A stretch of DNA of 64,000 bases from an uncultured Chloroflexia bacterium (GCA_963751345.1 CAVVUS010000030.1:288001-352000); one strand, 5' to 3'. Counted from the stretch's first letter, positions 29,373 to 41,166 are shown. The notes: generated by a model not told the origin, from the letters alone. Numbers and translations: made by a program.

Positions 29373-30727
29373 CTATCCCAACTCTAGCGCCGCCAGCATC
29401 GCTTCGTTCGCGGTGAACTTGTGGCCGGGGTTGCCGCGACGCTCGGCCTCGGCTGCTTCGATCTCCGCCAACCGGATCACGTCCTTCTTGGTGATGAGCG
29501 GCTTGCGGAGATGGGACAACACATCGGTCAAAGCGGCTCGGGCTACATCGGGTGCCGTCGCTGACGGGTGAAGGGCCATGTGGGAGAGGACGGCCTCGAC
29601 ACAGCCTCGGGCATCCTTTCGGGCGAGGGCGACCTGGCCCTTGCTGGCGCTGCCGCGCCCAACCCGCCAGGAAGATGCCATCCATCGCCGCCTCGGAGTC
29701 GGGGTCGTAGGCCTCAAACGAGATGCCATCGACGGGATGACGCGGCGCCGGGTGCTTCACAAACGAGAAACGGGACACCGGCAGCCCGAAGTCCTCGCTC
29801 ACCCGGTCACCGATGCAGAAGATCACCGTGTCGACATCGAGCACGTGCGTTGTTCGCAGGGACTGTGCCTTGGTCTCTCCATCGGGCATCAGCACCAACG
29901 CAGTATCCTCGACCTCGAGGCCGGACACTCTCCCGGCACTATCGCTAAGGATGCGGCTGGGAGAGGAGAGAAAGCGGAAGTCGCAGTCGCGTGTCGGAGA
30001 TGGGCTCCTCGGCCCGCGGCAGCGCGGCAAGGATGAACTCCTTTGCGGCCATGGGGTCCTGGCCCACGGCCTCCATCCGCGTCGCGCACGCGCTCAATCT
30101 CCTGGTCGAGCGCAGCCAGGTCGAGATTGGCGGCGACGTAGGTAAGCTCCTGAGTGGTGAACTTGACCTCGGCGGGGCCACGGCGTGCCACGGCAACGAC
30201 CTCATCCACCTGCAGCTCACGCACCAACCAGTGGGCAATGTCGGCCATCACGTTGCCCACACCGATTAGGGCCACCCGCTTCCCGATGTCGAAGCGCTGG
30301 TCGCTGAAGGGTGGCAGGCCGTTGTAGTAGTAGATCACGTCCTTGGCATGATAGACACCCCGGAGGTGTTCCCCCGGCAGCCCCAGCCACTTCGTGCCCT
30401 GGGCACCCACGGCGACCACAATCGCGCCGAATCCCATCGCCGCGCAACTGCGATAGCGTGAGGTCCCCTTGTTCTCCAACCGCGACATTGCCGATATAGT
30501 GCACCCGCGGCATCTGGAGGATCTTGTGAAACTGAGTCGCGGAGCGCAGCCTTGATCCTGTGTTTGCTGTGATAGATGCCGTATTCGGCCAATCCACCCG
30601 GCTTGATGTCACGATTCAGCAGGATGACCTGAACCCCCTTTGCAGCCAGTTCCTGCGCAGCAAAGAGACCGGCGGGCCCTGCCCCAATGACCAGGACCAG
30701 GGCTTCAGTCGAGTGTTCTGCTTCCAT
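29373..30727 (-). CDS. FAD-dependent oxidoreductase, adrenodoxin-reductase/FprA-like ferredoxin-NADP+ reductase (several frameshifts)
   Basis: [56 protein letters not shown]. Confidence 0.8.
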
Positions 30728-30859
30728 TTGTCCCCCCTTGGCACAGACTACGTGTCCGAACTAGGAATACAAACACTTAGGGCTGAGAATCGATATGGTC
30801 ATACCTAGCAGAAGCGGCTGGCGCCATGAGCAGCCAGCCGTGGGGCCCTCAAACCCAGG

Positions 30860-31132
30860 TCAATACGACCAGCGCCGAGGGCCTTGCTCGTCCGGCCCCT
30901 CGCCGGCTCGGAAACGCCGGTAGGGGCCTTCCATCAAGGATTCAACATCGGGACCGAAGATGAACTCAACGTGGGCCAGTGCCGCGCTGTCATAGCGGGT
31001 GTAGCTGCAGGAATCGCACCGCCAGGCGGGAAAGTCGGGCAGCGTGATCATGTGCGCGCCCCAACGGCGGAGAAAGGTGACCTTGGCGGGTTTCAGGCTC
31101 CCGAAGCTACAGTTGGGGCACGTATAGCTCAT
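30860..31132 (-). CDS. YgiT-type (MqsA-like) zinc finger protein
   Basis: CPNC...[14 protein letters not shown]. Confidence 0.78.
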   Translation of the reverse strand: MSYTCPNCSFGSLKPAKVTFLRRWGAHMITLPDFPAWRCDSCSYTRYDSAALAHVEFIFGPDVESLMEGPYRRFRAGEGPDEQGPRRWSY

Positions 31133-31794
31133 TCAGGCGCTTCCTCGACAATGTCCACGCCACGACTCGCCCCGAGGCGAGTGGCACCGGCCTCAATCAG
31201 GGCGATGGCTTCGGCGTAGTTGTGGATGCCGCCGGCGGCCTTCACCCCCATCTCAGCTCCCACCGTCCTGCGCATCAGGGCGACATCCTCAACCGTCGCG
31301 CCACCCTTGGCGAAGCCCGTGGAAGTCTTTACGAAATCGGCGCCCGCTGCCTGACACGCCTCACAGGCTGCTACTTTCTCGGCGTCGGTCAACAAGGCGG
31401 CCTCAATGATGACCTTGAGGAGCGCACCCTGGGCGTGGCACACCGCGGCTACCGCCGTGATATCCTCACGTACCCGGTCCACCTTGCCAGCCTTCAGGAG
31501 CCCAATCGCGATCACCATATCGATTTCGGTGGCCCCCTTGGCAATCGCCAATTCGGCCTCGCAGACCTTGATCGCCGTGGAGGTCGCCCCGAGCGGGAAT
31601 CCGACGACGGCGCAGACCGCGACGTCACTTCCGGCAAGCTTCTTGGCCGCCATCGGTACGAAAATCGGATTGACGCAGACCGACGCGAAGTGATATTTCA
31701 GAGCCTCTCGACAGAGATGCTCCACCTCGCTCGGAGTTGCGTCGGGCTTGAGCAGTGTGTGATCGATGGTGCGAGCCAACTCACGACGTTTCAT
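31129..31794 (-). CDS. deoC: Deoxyribose-phosphate aldolase
   Basis: [47 protein letters not shown]. Confidence 0.97.
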   Translation of the reverse strand: MKRRELARTIDHTLLKPDATPSEVEHLCREALKYHFASVCVNPIFVPMAAKKLAGSDVAVCAVVGFPLGATSTAIKVCEAELAIAKGATEIDMVIAIGLLKAGKVDRVREDITAVAAVCHAQGALLKVIIEAALLTDAEKVAACEACQAAGADFVKTSTGFAKGGATVEDVALMRRTVGAEMGVKAAGGIHNYAEAIALIEAGATRLGASRGVDIVEEAPE

Positions 31795-32531
31795 GGCGTT
31801 CCCTCCAATTCAGGATAGCGATAGTGCGTAATGGCACCCCATTTATCGGGCGGCCAATAGCGGAAGATTGTCTTACCGATGACGTTCTCTCCTGGCAAGG
31901 TCCCCCAGACGTGGGAATCGCTGGAATTGTTGCGATTGTCGCCCAACACCAGGTACTCATCCGGTCCCAGGACGATATCGTCCTGGTAGAGTGCCGGTCC
32001 ACTTACATAGGGCTCGTTGAGCGCGACGCCGTTGATCCACACTCGCCCGTCGCGCACCTCCACGTGCTCGCCGGGAAGACCGATGACGCGCTTGATATAC
32101 GGTATCGTGCTCCGGTGATCCGGGGGATCCAGCACGACAATGTCACCGCGCTGAGGTGGATGAAACCAGTACGTGAACTTGCTCACGATCAGATATTGCC
32201 CCTCGTGCAGCGTGGGCTCCATGCTGATCGACTGCACCTCATATCGGCCGGTCAGCGTATTGACCAGGACGAAGATGATCGCGGCCAGAACCAGCGTCTC
32301 CAGGATGTCGCGGGCCCACGCCCAGAACTGGTTCTGCTCCTTCGCAGGGGGGCCCGCTTCCTCCAACGTCGCGCCAGCCTGGCCCCAGGGCTCTTCGGCA
32401 GGCTCCAGGCCGGGCGGCCGCATCGTTTCGTGGCCTGCCTGACCTTCCACTACGTGTGGTCTCGCGCCTGGCGCGCTTGCGCTTGGCGCTTGAGAGGCTT
32501 CAATACCTTGTGCCATATCTCCGGATCCCAT
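31791..32531 (-). CDS. lepB: Signal peptidase I
   Basis: [31 protein letters not shown]. Confidence 0.93.
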   Translation of the reverse strand: MGSGDMAQGIEASQAPSASAPGARPHVVEGQAGHETMRPPGLEPAEEPWGQAGATLEEAGPPAKEQNQFWAWARDILETLVLAAIIFVLVNTLTGRYEVQSISMEPTLHEGQYLIVSKFTYWFHPPQRGDIVVLDPPDHRSTIPYIKRVIGLPGEHVEVRDGRVWINGVALNEPYVSGPALYQDDIVLGPDEYLVLGDNRNNSSDSHVWGTLPGENVIGKTIFRYWPPDKWGAITHYRYPELEGTP

Positions 32532-32599
32532 CCACTATCTCGCCATCAAGCCAACGTAAAACGGCGACAGAACGAAACACGCTCCCTGCACAGCATCGG

Positions 32600-33253
32600 C
32601 TATTGAGCCTCTTGAAGTTCAGGGAACGTGTAATGTGGTATCTTCCCCCAATACTCGGGTGGCCAATAAGAGAAAACCGCCTTGCCGAGGATCTTGTCTG
32701 CCGGCAGCAATCCCCAGGAGTGGGAATCGCTTGAATTGTTGCGATTGTCACCCAGGACGAAATACTCGCCCTCCCCAACGACCCAGTTTCCGGGATAGGC
32801 GGGTGGCTGGTTGATATACGGCTCGTTGAGCGCAATGCCGTTGACCCAGACCCGATGCTCCCGGACCTCCACGAGATCACCCGGCAGCCCAATCACACGC
32901 TTGATATAGGGGACATCGTTGCCCTCGGTAGGGGGATCGAGCACGATCACGTCGCCGCGCTCAGGCGGATGTAGCCAGTAGGTAATCTTGCTGGCGATCA
33001 AGTATTGGCCATCGTGGAGACTTGGCTCCATGCTTTGTCCGTGGACCTGATACCGTCCGGTGAACGTGTTGATAACGAAGAACAGAATCGCAGCCAGGAG
33101 CAGAGTCTCGAGCACGTCCTGGAGCCACGAGCGAATGCCAAAGGATCGACTGAGTGAAGGTTCCTGGTCGTCGAGAGCTACAGCGGTCGACGCTGGGGCT
33201 TCGCTCGGATTCTCATTGACCAATAGCCGCCTCCAATCTATGCTGGGTCGCAT
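32600..33253 (-). CDS. lepB: Signal peptidase I (tandem paralog)
   Basis: [31 protein letters not shown]. Confidence 0.93.
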   Translation of the reverse strand: MRPSIDWRRLLVNENPSEAPASTAVALDDQEPSLSRSFGIRSWLQDVLETLLLAAILFFVINTFTGRYQVHGQSMEPSLHDGQYLIASKITYWLHPPERGDVIVLDPPTEGNDVPYIKRVIGLPGDLVEVREHRVWVNGIALNEPYINQPPAYPGNWVVGEGEYFVLGDNRNNSSDSHSWGLLPADKILGKAVFSYWPPEYWGKIPHYTFPELQEAQ

Positions 33254-33294
33254 TATAGTTCATGTCGTGGTCAGGGCAACCCTTAATGACCCGG

Positions 33295-33329
33295 AAAAAC
33301 AAACACCCCCGTCGTGATGCGGGGGTGGG
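33295..33329 (-). terminator. Rho-independent terminator
   Basis: Minus strand CACCCCCG-CATCACGA-CGGGGGTG followed by TTTGTTTTT. Confidence 0.65.
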
Positions 33330-33410
33330 TTCTGTGGGATGCACGATGCGATCAGCCGCGATGCTCCTGATTCCAAAGCGCGGGACCCTGCTACGGTGCC
33401 GGTCACATCC

Positions 33411-33749
33411 TCAAGAGGCCTGTGATTCCTCCTGGGCTGACGCCTCGACATCCGCATCCGTCTCGGTCTGCGCCGCGGGCTGCTTTGAGGACTTGCGCCT
33501 GAACAGTCCGCCCCGTGGGGAGACCGCTTCCGGACCTTCCTCAGTTTCCTCTTCCTCATCCTCCCAGCCGATGATCCACACCGCGAGGCCGGCCACGAGG
33601 ATCGTGGCGATGATCAGTGCGGCCCACTGACCTGGGAGAAGGCCGACATCCCGCGCCGACCACACCAGGATCGCGACCATCCCAATCGCAAGCACGATCC
33701 AGGATGTCCATTGGGGATGCTCATTGACGAAATTCTTAATCTTGTCCAT
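33411..33749 (-). CDS. Small two-TM hypothetical protein with acidic tail
   Basis: 112 aa; RBS GGAG; two hydrophobic helices. Confidence 0.65.
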   Translation of the reverse strand: MDKIKNFVNEHPQWTSWIVLAIGMVAILVWSARDVGLLPGQWAALIIATILVAGLAVWIIGWEDEEEETEEGPEAVSPRGGLFRRKSSKQPAAQTETDADVEASAQEESQAS

Positions 33750-33791
33750 ACCGTGATTCTCTCCTGGGATGTCCGTCCAAGGAATTCAGTC

Positions 33792-34352
33792 TCAACCCGG
33801 CTGCCGGATCAGGCCCTCTCGCAAGCGCTTAATCATCACGCGCTCTCCCACGAGGCCCTGCTCGGCCACAGCCTCCCTCCAGGCACCGTGCAATTCCGCG
33901 ACGTCCTGGAATCCGTACCCTAGTCCCTGCCAAAATGCGACCAACGCCTCGCTGGCGTCCGCCGGTAGAAAGAGGACCACGGCCTCAGCCAACAACTCCG
34001 CGGCCTCTGCCTCCGTCTTACCCACAAGCGCCTGTCCCACCGCCATAGGGTCGGCAGCGGAAGCGATCAGGAAATCGATCACGCGGACGACGAGGTTCTC
34101 GACCTGCCATCCGAGAAGCCCCACGAGGTGTCCCTCGCGTTCCGCAATCATAAACCCGATCTGGCCGAATCGCTCCGCGACGTCGAGCCGCGAGACCTCG
34201 CGATGTGCGCCCACCGTAGAGACCGACTGGGCCGCATTCACGAGCGCCGCAATAGCTTCCGAGTCCGAGAACTTCGCTCGTCGTACCACCACATCCCGCG
34301 CCACGCCGTTCTCCTCCGATTTCATCACGGCCGACCCGATTGCCAGGCCCAT
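33792..34352 (-). CDS. GNAT-fold (acetyltransferase-like) protein
   Basis: VVVRRAKFSDSEAIAALV, FMIAEREGHLVG, VGQALV, FWQGLGY. Confidence 0.65.
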   Translation of the reverse strand: MGLAIGSAVMKSEENGVARDVVVRRAKFSDSEAIAALVNAAQSVSTVGAHREVSRLDVAERFGQIGFMIAEREGHLVGLLGWQVENLVVRVIDFLIASAADPMAVGQALVGKTEAEAAELLAEAVVLFLPADASEALVAFWQGLGYGFQDVAELHGAWREAVAEQGLVGERVMIKRLREGLIRQPG

Positions 34353-34443
34353 TATACCGGGCTTTGCCCAATCTACAAAGATTATCGACTCGCTGCCAAC
34401 CTTAGGTTTCGCGGAAACTCGGCGCGGGGGGATTGCTGGTATA

Positions 34444-35232
34444 ATGAAGACTTGGTCGATACAAATGAGACGCCAATCCGGGCTCTATGAAGTGGGGGAT
34501 GAAGCTGTGTACGAACTGATCGCAGGTGCCCAGGACTTGCAGATATCACTGACACCCGAGCATCTCGAGGCACTGCGCCGCTACCAGGAACATCTCACCA
34601 CCTGGAATGATCGTTTCAACCTGACGGCCATCACCGATGACACCGGAATCCAGATCCGCCACTTCCTCGATTCACTCTCCTGTCTGCTGGCATTGGAACC
34701 CGGAGAGCGGTTTGCGGGAAAGCGCGTCATCGACGTCGGTACGGGCGCGGGGTTTCCCGGCATCCCACTAAAGATCGTCTGCCCCGGTATAAGACTCACG
34801 CTCCTGGAGGCGACGGCCAAGAAGGCGCAGTTTCTACAACACATCGTCGACCAACTGCAACTGAGGGACGTCACCGTGCTTCATGGCAGGGCGGAAGAGC
34901 TAGGCCAGGATCCACAGTACCGCGAGACTTTTCACTGGGCGATGGCTCGGGCCGTCGCAGATCTGCCCATCCTGGCGGAGTACCTGCTGCCGCTGGTACA
35001 GATCAGCGGCCGTGCCCTTGCTCAGAAAGGGGAAGGCGCCCCGTCAGAAGCTCAGCGCAGCGAGTGGGCGTTCAAACAGCTCGGCGGACGGCTGCGCAAG
35101 CTGGTACCCGTGGACCTCAGAGGGATAACTGAGACGCGCTACCTCGTTCTGGTCGACAAAGTCGCTGCAACCCCTGCCAGGTACCCACGGCGGCCCGGTA
35201 TGCCCAGCAAGCACCCCTTGCTGGCAGAGTGA
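34444..35232 (+). CDS. rsmG: 16S rRNA m7G527 methyltransferase (start uncertain, 34444-34507)
   Basis: WNDRFNLTAI, HFLDSL, IDVGTGAGFPGIPL, GRAEE, ARAVA, YPRRPG. Confidence 0.96.
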   Translation: MKTWSIQMRRQSGLYEVGDEAVYELIAGAQDLQISLTPEHLEALRRYQEHLTTWNDRFNLTAITDDTGIQIRHFLDSLSCLLALEPGERFAGKRVIDVGTGAGFPGIPLKIVCPGIRLTLLEATAKKAQFLQHIVDQLQLRDVTVLHGRAEELGQDPQYRETFHWAMARAVADLPILAEYLLPLVQISGRALAQKGEGAPSEAQRSEWAFKQLGGRLRKLVPVDLRGITETRYLVLVDKVAATPARYPRRPGMPSKHPLLAE

Positions 35233-35241
35233 GACCCTACC

Positions 35242-37744
35242 TCACTCCGACCCACGCAGGGCCGGGGCCGGCTTCATACTATCCACCGGCCCGGCATAGA
35301 GCAAGCGATAAGCAGCGTAGTATTCGCGGATGAGCCGTATGTAGCTCTGCGTCTCCCCAAAGCCGACCAGCTCCACGAAGAGGTCCGTATCGCCGCCGGC
35401 GTCCTCCATCCACCGGAGCGCGTTGCCCGGCCCCCCGTTGTAGGCGGCGAGCGCAGCAAACTCGTTGCCGGCGAACCGCTCCTTTTGCTGCGCGAGATAC
35501 CAGACGCCGAACCGCACGCTGACCATGGGACGGTAGAGGTCCTGGGACTGGTAATCGGGCGGCCAATCCAGCGCCTCAGCGATGGCGGCGCCCGTCGGCG
35601 GAATGACCTGCATGAGGCCCTGCGCTGCGGCAGATGACGTCGCAAAGCCCTCGAAGAGGCTCTCTTGACGCATCAGTGAGTAGACGAAGAGCGGGGAAAG
35701 CCCGTTGGCCGCGGCCTCCTGCTCCACCAGGTCGCTGTAGTACATCGGATAGATCAGGCAGCCGATAAAGGCCGGCAGTTGGCTCACGTCGGCCGCCGGG
35801 GAGAGCTGCCAGAGCGCGGTCGCGGCGATGATGGAGGAGCGGTAGAGCCCGACGTCGCGGAAGTAGAGGGCCAGCCGATATTGAGTCAACGCGTCGTCGG
35901 CCGTGGCGACCCTCAGAGCCTCCAACTCGGTCCGCCCTTCGTCAAAGTGCCCGACGTCGAGCAGAAGCGTGCCCCGCCTCAAGTGCGCGTCGTTCAGTAG
36001 CGAGGTGGGCAGCGTCCCCACGGACGTCCCCGGATCGAGATTCAGCCAATCCGCGAGCCACGACTCGGCCTCGCGCTGGGCCGCCTGGCCCGTGCACGAC
36101 GCCATCGCGTCGGGAGTGGCCCGGAACGGCTCCCGTTCCTGCAAAAGATCCTCGGCCTGAAGGCCGTAGAAGTCCCAGCGCCCCAGGCTGATGGCGCTGG
36201 TCAGGGCCTCCGTCGCACTGATCGTCTCGCCGGCCGAGAGGCGCACCTTCCCCAGCCAGTACCACGCCCCCTGTGCGTACTCGTCGTAGGGGTACCACGC
36301 GGTCAGATCCTCCCACGCAGCGGTCGCTCCCTCGATATCTCCGGCGCGATAGCCGTAAAGCCCCGCCTCGAAGCGCGTCTCCGGCGCACGTTCATCGTTG
36401 GGATAGCGATCAGCCAGGTCGACGAGGAGATCCGCAGGCCTGCGAGAAGGCCCGCGACGTCATCAAGATGCTCGACCACGTCCCAGGCCGACTTAGGCGC
36501 CTGCTCCGATTCGGGATAGCGGTCCATCCCCTCCTGATAGGCCTCCAACGCCGTGTCGAGATGGCCCTGGTCGATCAGGACCATCGCTTTGCCGAGCCAC
36601 GCATCCGGCACGTAGGGATCGCCAGGGTGGGTGTCAATCAGCATGTCGAACTCGTCGAGCGCCTCGGCAAGGTCGCCCAACTCGAGGAAGGCGAGGCCGG
36701 CGTAGTAATGCGGCTCGCCACTGTGATCCGGGTCTCCGAGAATGATCCGGTAGAAAGACTGGATGGCCGGACCATAAGCTTCTGCGTTGATAATCGATCA
36801 ACCCGCGCAGCATATCATCGACGGGTTCACCGGCGTTCACCAAGTCCACGAGCGCGTCGTACGCCTGATCCTCGGTCGGGTAGGCCGCAATCAGATCCTG
36901 CATACGAGCGTAGGCGTCGGTCGATTCCCCAAAAGCAAGCGCCGTGGTGGCGGCCTGGTACATGATCCGGGCGCGGTATTCGGGGATCCGGGCAATCGCC
37001 AGGATCTGATCGTAGGCGGCCATCGCGCCCTCGTAATCCCCATCGGCGGCACGGGCCTATGGCGATCTTTTCGAGCAGCCAGACCTGGCTGCTGGCGGCC
37101 TCGGCGTCCGCCAGCGCGGAGGAGTAGGCCGCCGTCGCGGTCACGTAGTCCCCGGCATCGGCGAGCGCGTCGCCCAGCCACTCATTGGCATAGGGTGCGA
37201 GGAGCGGCTGCGCCTCGATCACCGTGGAGTAGTGCTCTGCCGCTGAAATCGGCTGGTCGGCATTGCGCAGCGCGTCGCCAAGGAGCACGTGGCCCTCCAC
37301 AGCCGCAGTCGACAGGGTGTCCGTGGGGGGATCCGTGGCAGCCAGATCGCCGAGGAAACCGTCCAGCAGCGATACAGCGTCCGAATAGGCACCGGCGGCG
37401 ACGTAGGTCCGTCCGAGTCCCAGGGTCGCCTGCGAGATCTCATCCTCGCTAGCCGCCGAATTGGCTAACGCCTGCTCGTAATCGTCGGAAGCCGCGCTCC
37501 AGTCACCATCCCGATAGGCGCGCTCTGCCCGGCTCAGCACCTCCGCCGGCAGGGGCGTCGGTGTAGGCGTGGGGATGGGCGTGGCGGTCGCGGTGGGGGT
37601 GGGCGTAGGTGTGGGGGTCGAAGTGGGTGAGGGCGTTGGTGTGACCGTGAACACGCGCACGCCGGCGATTCGGCCATCCCCTGTGCATCCTGCGGCAGCT
37701 ACGAGCACCAGCAAGCACAGCCATGGTACTTTCCATATTCTCAT
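35242..37744 (-). CDS. TPR-containing soluble lytic transglycosylase lipoprotein (frameshifts)
   Basis: Lipobox AAGC, PT-rich linker, TPR helices; SLT motifs MRQESLF, AQGLMQVIPPT, AAYNGGPGNA, ETQSYI. Confidence 0.85.
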
Positions 37745-37870
37745 ACGACTCGATTATGTCGGTTTCCGGCGAAAGTGTCAATAGCGCGAAGATCACTTGC
37801 GGTTTTCTTAGATATGGACTATCATAGTATTAAAAATGGGGTTTATTACCATTTAAGGAGGTAACGAACG

Positions 37871-38870
37871 ATGGCTAATCTGGCGACGACCTACATGGGA
37901 CTGTCTCTCAAGAATCCGGTGGTGCCCTCGGCATCCCCGCTTTCGCGTGATCTCGACGGCATCAAGCGGATGGAAGATGCCGGCGCGGCGGCGATCACGC
38001 TCTACTCTTTGTTCGAGGAGCAGATCGATCGAGAGGCAATCCTGACGGACTATATCCTCGAGAACCAAAAGGATCGTTACTCGGAGATGACGGACTTCTT
38101 CCCGGAGCCCGAGTTCTTCCGCCGCGATGAAATGGAATACCTCGACCTGATCCGCGAGGCGAAGGAAGCCGTGGATATCCCGGTGATCCCCAGCCTCAAC
38201 GGATACAGCGAAGGGGGTTGGACACAGATACGCAAAGCTCTTCCAGGAGGCGGGCGCAGACGGGATCGAGCTCAACGTCTACTATATCCCGACCTCGCAC
38301 CGGCTGACGGGGGCACAAGTGGAGGCGCTCTACTTCAACGTCCTGCGCAACGTCAAGGAGCAGGTCACGATTCCGGTTGCGATGAAGCTCAGTCCGTTCT
38401 TTAGCTCCATCCCTCACATCGCAACGGTGCTGAGCCGCAGCGGTGCCAACGGGCTGGCACTTTTCAACCGCTTCTATCAGCCCGAGTTGGACATTGAGGC
38501 CCTGTCCTCGAAACGAAGTCTCACGTTGAGCACCTCGGAAGAGATGCGTCTCCCCCTGAGATGGATCGCCATCCTCTACGGTCAAGTCGACGCGTCATTG
38601 GCGTTGACGACAGGAATTCACACACCGGAGGATGTCATCAAGGCCGTGATGGCGGGCGCCGACATCGCCAACGTCTGCTCGGTGCTTCTCCAGGAGGGTA
38701 TCGGCAAGATCAGCAAGCTCGTCGAGGGTGTCGATCTCTGGCTGGACAGCCACAACTACGAGTCGCTGCACGAGATCAAGGGGATCCTGAGCCACAAGCA
38801 GAGCCCCAATCCGGATGCCTTCGAGCGCGCCAACTACGTGCAATTGATCGGCGCGGGGGGCTTCCGATAG
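37871..38870 (+). CDS. Dihydroorotate dehydrogenase-like protein (frameshift ~38225)
   Basis: LATTYMGLSLKNPVVPSASPLS, SLFEEQI, IELNVY, MKLSPFFS, LFNRFYQP, LRWIAIL, FERANY. Confidence 0.88.
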
Positions 38871-38879
38871 ACAGATCCG

Positions 38880-39444
38880 ATGCACGAATCAGGCTTCTAC
38901 ACCGGCGAGGGAGACCGCGGCGACACCGTCCGACTGGAAGGCACCGAACGTATCGCCAAGAGCAGTGCGCTGATCGAGGCGGTGGGGACGCTCGATGAGG
39001 CGACCTCGGTCATCGGCATGGCCCGTGCTCAGGCACGGGCCCAACTGCTCAAGGAGATCCTGCCCGCGGTACAACGGCACATCTACCGGTTGCTCTCCCA
39101 TCTGTCAGCCGTATCAGAAGCCCGGGGGCATTATCCAGGACTGACACTGGAGGACGTGGCATGGTTGGAGGCCCGCATCGCCGACCTCGAGACCCGCCTC
39201 CCTCCCCTGGAAAGACTTCGTGCTGCCGGGGGACTCGGTGTCCAGTGCCACGTTTCACGTAGCCCGCACCGTGGTCCGGCGCGCCGAGCGGAGGGTTGCG
39301 GCTCTCGCCGAGTCCGATCCCAGTTTCGGCAATCCCAATCTGGCTTATCTCAACCGGCTCTCGTCGCTCCTCTTCGTTGCTGCACTTGTCGAGGATCTCG
39401 ATGAGGGCAGCCCGCCCACGTTAGCCAAGGAATCAGGGGGGTGA
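38880..39444 (+). CDS. pduO: ATP:cob(I)alamin adenosyltransferase, PduO type (frameshift ~39210)
   Basis: [43 protein letters not shown]. Confidence 0.88.
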
Positions 39445-39462
39445 ATTTAGAATAGAGTTGTC

Positions 39463-39490
39463 TTGAAAATAGGGTGTGCTCTGCTATACT
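39463..39490 (+). promoter_or_regulatory. Sigma70 promoter of rpsD (extended -10)
   Basis: TTGAAA-N16-TATACT, with TG at the extended -10 position. Confidence 0.6.
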
Positions 39491-39595
39491 GCTTCCCGAT
39501 GATGATAAGGTAGGGCGATCGCATTTGACCGTCCGGGAAGGCCGGAACCTTTCCGGACGGCGCGATGGCTCTGGAATAAGGAGGCAGTATCGAGC

Positions 39596-40208
39596 ATGGG
39601 ACGATATACCGGCCCAAAACACAAGCTATCGCGGCGCGAGGGGGTTGACCTCTTCGGAAATGGAGGCGAGAGCCTCCAACGCCGCTTGGACCAGCCGCCC
39701 GGGATGCACGGCAAAGCCGCAGCGTTTTCGCGACGGCGCAGAGGGGACTACGATCGCCAGTTGCGAGAGAAGCAGAAGGTCAAGCGCACCTATGGGATGC
39801 GCGAACGCCAATTTCGCCGCTTCTACAGGATGGCACAGCAGGCCCAAGACCTGACCGGCCCGGCTCTACTGAAACTGCTGGAGCGCAGACTCGACAACGT
39901 CATCTACCGGATGGGATGGGCGCGCACGCGTCCACAGGCGAGGCAGTTTGTCTCGCACGGGCACATCCTGGTGGATGGCAGACGGGTCGATATACCGTCT
40001 TACCTGGTCAGCCCGGACCAGACCATAGCACTGAAGGCGCAAGACACGGCGGATTCCCGAGGTCGAGGAGTTGATCGAATCGCCGCCGCCGGTCCCGGAG
40101 TGGCTATCTCGTGAGGGTCCCGAGGGACGGATTCTCCGCGAGCCCGAGCGGCAGGACATTCAGGAGCCCGTCGACGAGCAACTGGTCGTCGAGTATTACT
40201 CTCGTTAG
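39596..40208 (+). CDS. rpsD: 30S ribosomal protein S4, Cys-free, stand-alone (frameshift ~40045)
   Basis: MGRYTGPKHKLSRREG, QLREKQKVKRTYG, LERRLDNVIYRMG, QARQFVSHGH, VDIPSY, EQLVVEYYSR*. Confidence 0.95.
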
Positions 40209-40232
40209 CACGTCGTCGGTCGGACGCGCTTG

Positions 40233-40268
40233 ACCTTCCGGGAAGGTGACAGCACCTTCCCGGAAGGT
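40233..40268. repeat. Palindromic REP-like doublet ACCTTCCGGGAAGGT
   Basis: ACCTTCCGGGAAGGT-N6-ACCTTCCCGGAAGGT; related copies at 39529-39560 and 47657-47727. Confidence 0.75.
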
Positions 40269-40363
40269 TTTCATGTTTTGCTTGCCCCTATGAGGTTGCA
40301 TGCTATCTTTGATCCCACGCCTGTGCAGTCCGTGCAACGCAACAGGCAGATGCGGAGGGCAAT

Positions 40364-41166
40364 TTGGGAGATCCCCTGATTCTGGTGACAAACGACGATG
40401 GCATCCGGTCTGCCGGGCTGCGGGCTGTGGTGGAGGCGGTCGGTGGGCTGGGCGAGGTGCTGATAGCAGCGCCGAATCGGCAGTGGTCCGGATCGGGGCG
40501 TTCGATGCCGGCTTCCGTCAGCGGCGAGATCAGTGAGGTTCCCTGCAGCGTCGCGGGCTCGACCTATCGCGCCTATGAAATCGATGCTACCCCCGCGCTC
40601 TGCGTGATTCACGCGATGGCACGGCTGGTTCCTCGTCCGCCTGACCTCGTGGTTTCGGGGATCAACTTCGGTGAGAACGTCGGCATCGACATCACTATCT
40701 CCGGCACCATCGGTGCGGCGGTGGAGGCCGCGGCGTTCGGGATTCCGGCACTCGCGATCTCCGTCGAGATGCCGGTCGAGAATCATCTCATCGGGGACGC
40801 ATCGGAGGACTATGCAGCAGCCAAGGCGTTTACGCGGCAGTTCGCGATACGCATCCTCCAACGCCCCCTTCCCTTCGACGCCGATCTACTTTCCATCAAC
40901 CTCCCTCACGGCGCGACCCCGGACACCCCATGGCAGCTTACCAGGCTCTCCCGACAACGGTACTTCGTGCCCGTCAAACAGGAGGGATCCCAGGAGAAAC
41001 GCCAGGCGGCTACCGGGTGATGGATCATCCGGAGCAAACGGAAGTCGGCTCCGATATATGGTGCCTACACTACGCACACCAGGTTTCGGTGACCCCACTC
41101 TCACTCGACCTCACCGCAAGGGTCGACTTTGGCGCCCTGGATGAGCAACTGCGGACTGAGGCCTGA
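40364..41166 (+). CDS. surE: 5'/3'-nucleotidase SurE (frameshift ~40995)
   Basis: ILVTNDDGI, AAPNRQWSGSG, PDLVVSGINFGENVG, SGTIGAA, VSVTPL. Confidence 0.93.

Noticed and set aside
33769-34443. N-terminal extension of RsmG (487-aa ORF)
   Set aside because: It overlaps the opposite-strand GNAT gene. RsmG homology begins only after ~34444.
37560-37645. (Thr-Pro)n repeat as a special element
   Set aside because: An ordinary Pro/Thr lipoprotein linker.
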